A stretch of DNA of 64,000 nucleotides from Octopus sinensis (lineage: Eukaryota), in the NCBI RefSeq assembly GCF_006345805.1, contig NC_043011.1, positions 50,790,464-50,854,463 of the forward strand, read 5' to 3'. A model generated the notes under the pieces. It did no database searches, was not told the origin of the DNA, and saw only the letters and a list, made by a program, of their open reading frames with translations. Positions 27,235 through 39,454 of the stretch are shown in pieces. Position 1 is the stretch's first letter. Each line of letters opens with the position of its first letter. The translations under genes were made by a program, and so were the position numbers.

Positions 27235-28351
27235 AATAAGAGTAAATAATTTCTATAATGGTTCTTAAAAAAGACCACAATTATTTACTGGTAGAATTCG
27301 GTATGTAAATATAGCTGATTAACGGTAGGAACTTCTGTAAAGTTCAGTATATATACTGTATATAAGAAAAGGGCAACCTGTTGCCTGTCCCTTTTTCTTA
27401 TCATCATCATCATTTAGCATCCGTTTTCCATGCTAGCATGGGTTGGACGGTTCAACTGGGGTCTGGCAAGCCCGAAGGCTGCACCAGGCCAGTCAGATCT
27501 GGCAGTGTTTCTACAGCTGGATGCCCTTCCTAACGCCAACCACTCCGAGAGTGTAGTGGGTGATTTTATGTGCCACCGACACAGGTGCCAGACGAGGCTG
27601 GCAGACGGCCACGCTCGGATGGTGTTTTTTATGTGCCACCGACACAGGTGCCAGACGAGGCTCAGTATATATATATATATGTATTTTGTTTTTGTAGTTT
27701 CAGCTCAGAACTTTGGCCATGCACCGCCGTTTTGCTACACTGTTATTACTGAGAGCCTCCTCCAATATGTGGCACTTGGCAAAGAATGGAGTTTGATGTA
27801 GCTACCGTCATTTGCATCTCTTGCCGTGGGGTTGGTTCATCAGGGAATCTTGACAGGAGGAGGTCCAGCGTTCATTTAAAAACGCCGGCATCTACTTTGT
27901 GCAGGTTCCTCAGGCTCTGTGGGAGAATATTTAAAAGTTGTGGGCTCCGGAAACCCAGGGTGTTGCAGTATCTGGTCCTGGAGCGCAATGGCATTGTTGG
28001 GATCTTTGGCACTATGCAGTGTCAACCCATTCTAGCGTTGGTGTAGCTTTCAATGCCAAAATTTGGTACTATTCTTTGAAGGATCTTCCAGATATAAATT
28101 ACTGCATACCTCTCCAACCTTCGCTTCAGGGAGTAGAGTCTTAGCTGTTTCAGCCTTTCCCAGTAGCTGAGCTATTGCAATGAGACGATCTTCTTGGTGA
28201 ACCTTTGCTGGGTTGCTTGAAGGTCTGCTGTTAATTTTACACTGTTGGGTAACCATAACTGGGAGCAGTAATCTAGGTGATTAAGGCTGAATGCCCTCCA
28301 TAGCACCATCATGGTTTCCATATCTCTGGTTCTGAATATTATTAGGGTCTA

Positions 28352-28404
<53 letters not shown>

Positions 28405-28750
28405 TATACACATATATATATACACATATATATATTCGTCCTTGTTTCCTTGTATTGTCTGCCTGGTTTTGTTGTTCTTTTTTTGTATCATCTAACTGTC
28501 TGGATGTTTTGCAATATATATATGTATATATTGATATACATATATATATATTGCAAAACATCCAGACAGTATATATATGTATATATTGATATATGGATAT
28601 GTATATATTGATATATGGATATGTATATATTGATATATGGATATGTATATATTGATATATATAGATATGTATATATTGATATATATATATATGTATATAT
28701 CGATAGATATGTATATATTGTATATATCGATGTGTGTGTATATATATATC

Positions 28751-28781
<31 letters not shown>

Positions 28782-30301
28782 TGACAAGTATGTATATATT
28801 GATATATATTGGGTTGTCTGGAAAGTTCGTGCCGACTTTTAAAGGAAAGAAAAAAATCAATAAATACTTACCATTACATTTTTAATCAACCAAATATGAA
28901 CCATTTTGTTGCACAATGCGTCTCCATCTTTCCTTTAACATCAAAATACCTCTTTCCAGAATTAAGGTGGTTTCATGGCAAAGAATTCATCAAATATCTT
29001 TTTACATCATCCAAGGAATTGAAATGTTTACCATGAAGACTATTCTGCAGAGACTGGAATAAGTGGAAATCCTAAGGAGCAATATCTGGTGAATATGGAG
29101 GGTGGGGTAACACATCCCAGCTGAACTGCAGCAATTTTTTAATCTGGTTCTTAAAGAAATGTGTGGTCTTGCATTATCATGTTGGAAAACAACACCCTTC
29201 CAGTTGGCCAATTCTGGACGTTTCTCTTGAATTGCTGCTTTTAACTCGTCCAGTTGTGTGCAGTATTTCTCAGAATTAATAGTCTGGTTACTTGGGAGAA
29301 GCTCATAGTACAGAATTCCTTTCCAATCCCACCAGACACAAAAGCAAGACTTTTTTAGGGTGAAGACCCGCTTATGGGGTGGCTAAGGGTGGCTTATGTC
29401 TCTTACTCCAGGTCCGCTTTCTCTGAACATTTCGGTAGATAATCCATTTCTCATCACCCGTCACAATTTGTTTTAGAAAAGGCGCGTTTTCATTCCGTTT
29501 ATAAAGCGAATCACAGATGGAAATGTGATCCAAAAGGTTCTTCTCACTCAACTCATGTGGTACCCAAATATCGTAGCGATTTGTGTACCCAAGCTTTACC
29601 AGGTGCTCATGAATGACGGATTTTGATAGGTTGAGGCTTTCTGCCAATTCATGGGTTGTGCAATGTGGGTTATTCTAAATTAATGACTTGATTTGGTCAC
29701 CATCTGTAGTGGATGGTCTGCCCGATCGCTCTTTATCAATAAGGCTACAATCTCCAGCTCGGAACCTTGCAAACCACTTCTGTACATTTCTTTCGGATAA
29801 AGAAACATCACCATAAACTGCGCATATTTCTTTGGTTGCTTGTGAGACATTTTTCCCGTTACGGAAAAAGAAAAGCATTAAGTGCCGAAAATGAACTTTC
29901 TTATTCTTCCATTTTAAATGGTTACAGAATTAACACAGGTTATAGGAACATAAACCTTCTTCCAGGAAAAGATAGCTTAAACATTTTTTAAACCACCTTT
30001 TCTTACTTCGATTTCCTTCACCGAAATTCATCGTTTCAACTTGATTCTCTGATGAGTGGATATACTTCCCAAGGATACTTATCAACTTTAGATTTCATAT
30101 TAATTGGATGTATATTCATGAAATGATTGAAAGAACTTATAAACATTTAAAAACCTTTTAATAGTCATAGGTGTACTTTTCTATTAATACAATACTGCTA
30201 ATGTTATATAGTGATTCTTATGACTTTTAAGATATAACTATTCCACTATTTTACTCTCAAATATGTGTGTTTGTGTGTGCATGTGTCTATATATGTGTGC
30301 A

Positions 30302-30344
<43 letters not shown>

Positions 30345-30569
30345 GCGTGTGTGTGTGTATATATATGTTTATATGTTTGTGTGTATGTATATATATGTTT
30401 ATATATGTATGTGTGTGTATGTATATATATGTATGTGTATGTATATATATGTATGTATGTGTGTATATATATATGTATGTGTGTGTATATATGTATGTAT
30501 GTATATGTATGTGTATATATATACATATATATGTATGAATGTGTGTGTATATATTTATGTGTATATGTA

Positions 30570-30626
<57 letters not shown>

Positions 30627-33600
30627 TCATAATCATCATTTAACGTCTGTTGCCCCTGCTGGCTTGGGTTGGACAGCTCGGATAGAGCTGGAAAGCCAGA
30701 CCAGACTTGAGCTAGTTTTGGCAAGGTTTCTACGGCTGGATGCCCTTCCTAAAACCAACTAGCATGAAAAAGATGGACCCATAAATGGAACACAGCACCA
30801 TTTCTAGTAACACACAATCTCCATCATCAAAACATTTTCAGCATTATCAAAAGAAATTTTACCAATCATAAAACTAAGTGAAAGATTAAAAACACATAAT
30901 GACTAATCAAATACTGTTCTTAGGGAAAAGGCAACGACATACTCCCTCCACAACACTGATATCAAGAAATCCTCTTGCGAGCGTGACCTAGGCATCACTG
31001 TCAGCAGTGATTTGCGTTGGACAAAGCATATCTCTAAAATTGTCAAGAAGGCCGAGGGTGTCTTGGCATCACTCAGCAAGACTTTTGTTAGCCGCTCTCC
31101 AGCCATCTATTTAAAACTGTATACAGCTATGGTACGACCACACTTGGAATTCGCATCATCAGTTTGGAACCCCTATCTTGCTCAGAACATTGACCTCCTG
31201 GAATCTGTCCAGAGACGTGCAACCAAACGCATACCCTCCATCAGACACCTACCATATTCTGAGCGCCTTGTTTCCCTGGGCATGGATTCACTGAAGCTCC
31301 GGCGTCTGGCGACGGACTTGGTAAACACCCACAAAGTTATAACCTAAAGAAATTATTTTCAAATGCAAAATTCAACATGAATAAGCAGGATAAAACATTT
31401 ACAGTATCCAAATATAATGATAACAGATGTATAACTTGTCAGTATATGCATACTGGTAGATCCATTAGAACAAAAAATGGACAGAATTTTGCAAATGCAG
31501 GTATGAACTGCAGAAGCAGAAGTTTAACATACTGCATTAAATGTCTGAAATGCGAAGAACTATATATAGGCGAGACAGGGAATGCATTATGGGAATGCTC
31601 CTGCAACAATCTGGAACACCAGTGTTTGCCAAATCCCATTGAGAAGCGTGGTCAGAAAATGTTTCTAACCATACCTATTTCTTTATTACCCACAAGGGGC
31701 TAAACACAGAGGGGACAAACAAGGACAGACATAGGTATTAAGTCGATTACATCGACCCCAGTGCGTAACTGGTACTTAATTTATCGACCCCGAAAGGATG
31801 AAAGGCAAAGTTGACCTCGGCAGAATTTGAACTCACAACGTAACGCAGACGAAATACCGCTAAGCATTTTGTCCGGCGTGCTAACGATTCTCCCAGGTCA
31901 CTGCCTTCTAACCATACCTTTTTACAAACTACATGACACAAGTGAGGTTGGAAGAAAGATGAAATAAAAATGGTTTATTAAAATGTTCAAACCTGTTCTG
32001 AAGGGAAATAACAACAATAATATAACACCCAGTTAATGATGTGGATTAAAGAATATCATTAATGTATGAATAGAAACAAATTACAGAAAATCAGTATGCC
32101 TGAGGTTATAGCAGAAGACACTTGTCCAAGGTGGCATGCAGTGGGACTGAACCCGGAACCATGTGGTTGTTAGGCAATCTACTTACCACACCGCCGGCAC
32201 GTTAAAAGCACCAACTGATCGTGGCCGATGCCAGACTCCCCTGGCACGTGAAAAGCACCCACTACACTTGCGGAGTGGTTGGCGTTAGGAAGGGCATCCA
32301 GCTGTAGAAACACTGCCAGATCAGACTGGAGCCTGGTGCAGCCCCTGGCTTCCCAGACCCCGGTCGGGCCGTCCAAACCGTGCTAGCGCGGAATATGGAC
32401 GTTAAATGATGATGATGATATATATATATATATACACACACACACATGAAGAGAACGGTAAATGGAAGGAAGAGGCCTGTCGAAATTTATTATGGTGTTA
32501 GAAACAGCTAATTTGCAAATGACTCTAGTGGACGTACATAAACATACATATACATGTACATGTATATATACATACATGTGTGTGTGTATATATATTTATA
32601 TAATTCTCAATTTTCCAATTCACTTAACTGTAAATAGGTTACATCACTGCTGTAAACAGCACAAGCCAGTTGTTGGCTCGCTTAGTGATAGTTGAATGCT
32701 GTCCACTCTGGAATGGGAGACTGTCTCTTTCAACTTTGAAGCATTTTGTAATTAATGTTGTGCGTGCATAAGAAATCATCATTATCATCACCATCACTAC
32801 CATCATGATTATTATTATTATTATTATCATTATTATTATTAATACTGATAATAATGTTACTGTTACTATTATTGTTAGTGTGATGGACAAAATAGTACTT
32901 TGTAGTTTTCAGTTGTGTTTCATCATGATCTCGGTTCACATTTTACCCAAGTTGACTTTTGCTCTTTAATCGAATATTTGGATGCTGTATTCATCTAGTC
33001 AACGCTACTCTATGTCTGAAACAGAAATCTTCCATCGTTGTTGTGGCAATAAAGGAATAGATTAGTATTGTTATTATTGTTATTGTTATTCTTAAACTTT
33101 CATCTTTTCAGATAAATTCCAAACCAAATTCAACCAGAAAGAGGCGGAGTGTACAGAGCAAAGGCTTTGGCAGCAAGATGTTTCAGGATTCCAGTTCTTT
33201 AGCAGAACATCATCAGGTAAGTTGTGTATTGGAAGTGGTAATAGCTCTGTTGTCGTCAAGTCCAAGCTCAGCTGTGACTGAACAGACCTGTTGTCACAAA
33301 CATTCTAGACATGGCTATCCTGTTCATTTGGACCATAATGTATCCCAAGACTTGTGGTATTGGTTCTCTATTGTTCAATAATGAGGATTCAGTTGTTGAA
33401 TGACTTGAGATACAAGTTAATTTGATCAGTGGTTGAGTATTCCACAGACATGTGTACTCTTAATAATCCTCAGGCAGAATCAGTATGGCTCAGGATTACA
33501 GGCACAATCCAATTGACGGGTTTCTATCCAATTACAAAGTATGGGGGTTGGCCCTAGGTTGTAGAAAATGATGTTTGCGCAAGATGCTACGCACTGGGAT

Positions 33601-36054
33601 TGAACCTGGGACTCCATAGCTGTGAAGCAAACTTCTTAACCATTTGCCCATACTGCACTCTATCACACACACACACACACACGTGTACAACAGGTGTCTG
33701 CTCTGTTTTAGTCCACCAAACTCTCTCACAGGACTGAAAAACCTGGGGTTATAGCAAGAGATACATAATGTGCTGTGTTTTGTGGTTGCAAAGCGTACTT
33801 TTTAACAACCTGGCCATCTGTTTTTTTTTCTTGTTGTTTTTGGTTATCTTTTGTTCACTGTTTGTTAATTTTTTTCATTTACCATTTTAGATGAACAGCA
33901 GCAGCAACAGCATTGATGGTCACGGCAAGAGTGCAGAATTCAGGCATGCTTCTTCTCACCAGAGAGGCCAGCTAATTCCAAAAGTGGAGCTGGACAGAGA
34001 CGGTGTGAAATTACTTGTAAAACAGGAGGAGAATAATGAGGAAGAGGGGCTTGAGGAGGAGGAGGAGGAAGAAGAAGAGGATGAAGAGGAGGAGGAAGAA
34101 GAAGAAGAAGAGGAGGAAGAGGAGGATGATGAATATGAGTTGGAGATCTTCAAACTGTCTTCCAGTTGGCCTGTGAAGAGAGAGAACGTGTGCCAAATCT
34201 GCGAAAAACCTGGCGACCTTACTGACTGCGAAGGACCATGTTTGGGTTCTTATCACTTACACTGTCTTGATATGACCCAGCAACCATCCAGTCCTTTCAA
34301 ATGTGTGCAGTGCACGACAAGTAAGTTCTTTATGTGTGTAAACATAAATGTGTGTGTGTGTCTGTGTGTATATACACTTGCGTCAGAAATTAATTAGTAC
34401 TTCTCAAATTTCTACATTAAATAGGTTAAATCAATTAACCTATGAGCTGTTCAAAACGTCTTACGCGATGAGAAAACTTAGTATGGTGTGATTTCGGTCC
34501 TTGCGAGGCGCTACCTATATCTATTAAACAAAGGAATTTGTCTGCATCCGCACTCCAAGTTGTTGTTGCACTGCTATGTCAACATCATAAGGCTGTAGAC
34601 TCTCAAACTGCTCTGCAAACAAAGTTACGTCATCGTTCTGCGCAACAGTGAACTCGCAACAAAGCAATAGTTCGAGATATGGCCACTAGGTGACAGCACA
34701 TACCTTGAGTGAAGAGCAAATCAAGGGTGCTAATTAATTTCTGACGGTAGTGTATGTATCATTATCATCCTTTAATGTTTGTTTTCCGTGCTGATCTTCA
34801 TTTGGTGTCATGCCGGCACGAGTTGGATAATTTGATATCCCACAGGTCAGCAGACTGTATTGAGCACCGGTGTCTACATATATATATATATATAGGCATA
34901 CGCATGGCTGTGTGGTTAAGAAGTTTGCTTCCCAACCACATGGTTCTGGGTTCAGTCCTGTTATGTGGAACCTTGGGCAAGTGTCTCCTGCTTATAGCTC
35001 TGGGCTGATCAAAGCCTTGTGAGTGGATTTGCTAGATGGAAACTGAGAAGTTTGTATGTACGCATGTATTTGTGATTTCTTGCTTTGACATCATGTAATA
35101 GCTGTAAAATGAATCGTCACCGTCATACAAATGTCATTCATTTCCAGGTGCAGGAGTGGCTGTGTGGTAAGTAGCTTGCTAACCAACCACATGGTTCCGG
35201 GTTCAGTCCCACTGCGTGGCATCTTGGGCAAGTGTCTTCTGCTATAGCCCCGGGCCGACCAATGCCTTGTGAGTGGATTTGGTAGATGGAAACTGAAAGA
35301 AGCCTGTTGTATATATGTATATATATATGTGTGTGTATATGTGTTTGTGTGTCTGTGTTTGTCCCCCTAGCATTGCTTGACAACCGATGCTGGTGTGTTT
35401 ACGTCCCTGTCACTTAGCGGTTCGGCAAAAGAGACCGATAGAATAAGTACTGGGCTTACAAAGAATAAGTCCTGGGGTCGATTTGCTCGACTAAAGGCGG
35501 TGCTCCAGCATGGCCGCAGTCAAATGACTGAAACAAGTAAAAGAGTAAAAGAGAGAGTATTCTAACAATAACATGTCAGGCCATGGGGGAATGCTATCTT
35601 ACTTGGAAACAGATGGGGGTTGGTGACAGGAAGGGTATCTGGCCATAGAATATCTACCTCAATAACTCTATCTGACCCATGCAAGCATGGAAAAGTAGAT
35701 GTTAAAATAATGATGATGTCTTTATATACATTATATACAAGTTAATTTGATCAGTGGTTGAGTATTCCACAGACATGTGTACTCTTAATAATCCTCAGAC
35801 AGAATCAGTATGGCTCAGGATTACAGGCACAATCCAATTGACGGGTTTCTATCCAATTACAAAGTATGGGGGTTGGCCCTAGGTTGTAGAAAATGGTGTT
35901 TGCGCGAGATGCTACGCACTGGGATTGAACCTGGGACTCCATAGCTGTGAAGCAATCTTCTTAAACATTTGCCCATACTGCACTCTATCATATAATGTCT
36001 TTGTATGTTTGTTTATGTGCTTGTTTGTATGACTCTGTGTACTTATGTTTGTAT

Positions 36055-36097
<43 letters not shown>

Positions 36098-39000
36098 TTT
36101 GTGTGTGTGTTGGGTTATATGTGTTGGTGTGTGTGAATTTGTGGATGTGTTAGTTATTGTAATCTTCTCATGTATTTGTGTGCATATAAATTGAGTTTTG
36201 TTATAATTAAACAGATGTACATTAATAAGTAACTCATTTAAATGAGTGAATTGAGAGTGTGTAATGACTGAACTGGATAGATAATTCAGTACAGGGGTCT
36301 GTTCAGATCAATACAGGGGTCTGTTAAAATTGCTTAACAGCCATGAGCAAACTGTGGCCCTCAGGACTTTCTAAATGGTGTACCTGACGAAATTTTACCT
36401 TGAAATTTTTACTAATGTGGCCCACCTGATGATGAGGCATATCTCATGTAGCCCGTTTCTCGATAATGGTTGCCCATACCTGTTTTATATTACGATTCAC
36501 CAATACGATCCAAGCTCCACACTAAAACTGCTCATCAGATGGAAACAGCAAGTGCATTTCATTGAAGTTCCTCTTTACTGCCCCCCCCCCCCAATCCACA
36601 TTTGTAGTAGGTGTAGGATACTGTCTAGTTTGATTCCAACATCTGGCCCTTAAATGGAGTCGCTCTTTTGCCTGCATTTGGTCCAGGTTTCTGGTGGAGG
36701 AGTGAGATTGGGATGTCATGACTTTTTATTGTTCAATAACCTACTAACCTTCCTTGAAATTCCAAAACCCTGGAGTAACCCTTCTGCTAGGTTCCCTCTC
36801 TTTTTCTTCAATGCCCATGGGCTTCATTCCAATCTAAATCCCACTCATATTGGTTTTAAACTTTGACACAGGGCCAGAATGCGAAGTGTTGGGGAGTGAA
36901 CATTAGCAGTTGTGGTATTTGGAGAAATTGTTGATTTTGCTTGTTGGAAATAGTATCAGAGAGGGTCACATGTCCATGTGATAACAGGAAAAGACGTTTC
37001 CCGTGGTTCTCAATCAGGGTCCATTTGGCCCTTGGTGGTCTTTATAAGATTTTATTGGGAAAATTTATCTGCACATAGCTCAGTGGTTAGAGTCTTGAGT
37101 TCACAATCATGAAGTAGTGAGTTCAATTCCTGGACTGAGCTGTGTGTTGTGTTCTTGAGTAAGACACTTTATTTCACATTGCTCCAGTTCACTCAGTTTT
37201 AGAAATGAGTTGCGATGTCACTGGTGCCAAGCTGTATCAGCGTTTGCTTTTCTCTTGGATAACATTAGTAGCACAGAGAGGAGAGGCTGGTATGCATGGG
37301 TGAGTGCTGGTCATCCATAAACTACCTTGCCTGGACTTGTTCCTCAGAGAGTAACTTTCTAGGTGCAATCCCATGGTCATTCATGACTGAAGGGAGTCTT
37401 TACCCTTTACTTCTACAATATGAAGGGGTGCTGAAAAGTTCCTGGCTTTGGGTAAAAGAAAATACAGGAGGATCAGTTATGATTTTATTCAACATATTCC
37501 CCTCTCAGATTCACATACTTATTGCAGCTGTCCTTCAGTTTTTCTAAGCCCTATAAAAGATCTCAGAAGTATTGGGCCTTCAACCAGGCCTTTCACGATA
37601 TCATTAAGGTCTTTTCAGCACCCCCTCATACAAAATATATTTTAACAATTTTTTTTTCCATAATTCCTTATAATATGATAAAAATATGTTTTTTAACACA
37701 GCAGGAGTGGCTGTGTGGTAAGTAGCTTGCTAACCAACCACACGGTTGCGGGTTCAGTCCCACTGCGTGGCATCTTGGGCAAGTGTCTTCTGCTATAGCC
37801 CCAGGCCAACCAATGCCTTGTGAGTGGATTTGGTAGACGGAAACTGAAAGAAGCCTGTCGTATATATGTATATATATGTATGTATGTGTGTGTGTGTTTG
37901 TGTGTCTGTGTTTGTCCCCCTAGCATTGCTTGACAACCGATGCTGGTGTGTTTACGTCCCCGTCACTTAGCGGTTCGGCAAAAAGAGACCGATAGAATAA
38001 GTACTAAAAGGTGGTGCCCCAGCATGGCCGCAGTCAAATGACTGAAACGAGTAAAAGAGTAAAGAGTATTGAATGTCTAGGAGTCTCCATCTGAGTGAAC
38101 TAGGAATCAATCGGCTCTATAAGTAAAAAATGGTTAAGAAACAGTAGTATAAGTAAAGGAAAAGTTGGTGATGTAGTCCTATTGATACCATTATTTACTT
38201 TATAAAGGTTTCTATTTTCTTCTGTTGGATCATAATAATAATAATAATAATGTACAGTGCTCAGGTGCACTACAACTCATCTAAGGTGTATATATAATCA
38301 GGTGTAGTTTCGGCGGATTTCGGAAAGCATGAGGGCCCTTAACCCTTTTGTTACTGTATTTATTTTGAGATGCTCTGTGTTTCTGTCAGTTACTTTAAAT
38401 ATAACAAAGCATTTAGTAAAATAACTTAGTTATCATTCAACTAGTGTTAGGAACATAAATTGTGGCTAAGGTTTGGTGGAAGATTTTAATTCAAAACTTA
38501 TGAAAACAAGACATTTGTACTACAGAGCCAGAGGCGGTTTCAGCCGGGTTGATAATGAAAGGGTTAAAGGATGCAGTGTCATGGCAGTCAACAACTGACG
38601 CAAGCAGTTTATTCCATGCTTCAGCAACTCTCATATCCTTTTAAGGTCAACCTTGTCTTTCATCATCTTGAAGTTTATAAAATAAAGTATCAGCTCAGTA
38701 CTGGGATAAATGGTGATACTGAATAATGTCCTTCTCTGGAAATTGCTGTCCTTGTGTGAGCTGGCAGAATCTTTAGAATGTTGGAACAAAAATTGCCTTG
38801 TCTCTTTACATCCAGAGTTCAAATTCCACCAAGGTCATCTTTGCCTTTATCCTTTAGAAATTGACAAAGTATTAGTCAAGTACCAACCCCCTTCATTGAA
38901 AATTGCTGGTCTTGTGTGAGCTGGCAGAATCAGTAGAGCTTTGGAAAAAATGTCTTATGATATTTCCTCTGGCTCTTTCTGTTCTGAGTTCAAATCCTGT

Positions 39001-39400
39001 TCAGGTCAAATTTACTTTGATTCCTCTGATGTTGATAAGTTTAGTCATGTACTGGGGTTGATTGTATCAACTATCGTCCTCCCCTGAAAATTGCTGAAAC
39101 AGTTATTTTTATCATCATCAATAATAATAATAGTAGTAGTAGTAGCAGAATTACAAGCAAAGTAAGGTGGCAGAATTGTCACCACACTGGATGAAATGCT
39201 TAGTGGCATTTTGTCTGTCTGTGTGTTCCGAGTTCAAATTCCAGCATGGTTGACTTTACTTTTCATCCTTTTGGGTTCAATAAGTTAAGTACCAGTTGAG
39301 CAGTAGGGTCATTGTAACTTACTTATGCCCTCCCCCAAAATTGCTGGCCTTGTGCCAAAATTTGAAACCATTATTATTATTATTATTATTATTATTGTTA

Positions 39401-39454
<54 letters not shown>

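Larger units (their letters stand above)
33410..35990 (+). repeat. 256-bp direct duplication (33410-33665 and 35735-35990)
   Basis: Five substitutions between the copies and an identical chimeric SINE junction. Confidence 0.9.

Noticed and set aside
30010-30062. ccGAAA...CTGATGAgtgga hammerhead-like motif
   Set aside because: No valid stem III/NUH or stem I could be drawn
30238-30762. Long overlapping ORFs (119-165 aa)
   Set aside because: Translations of microsatellites
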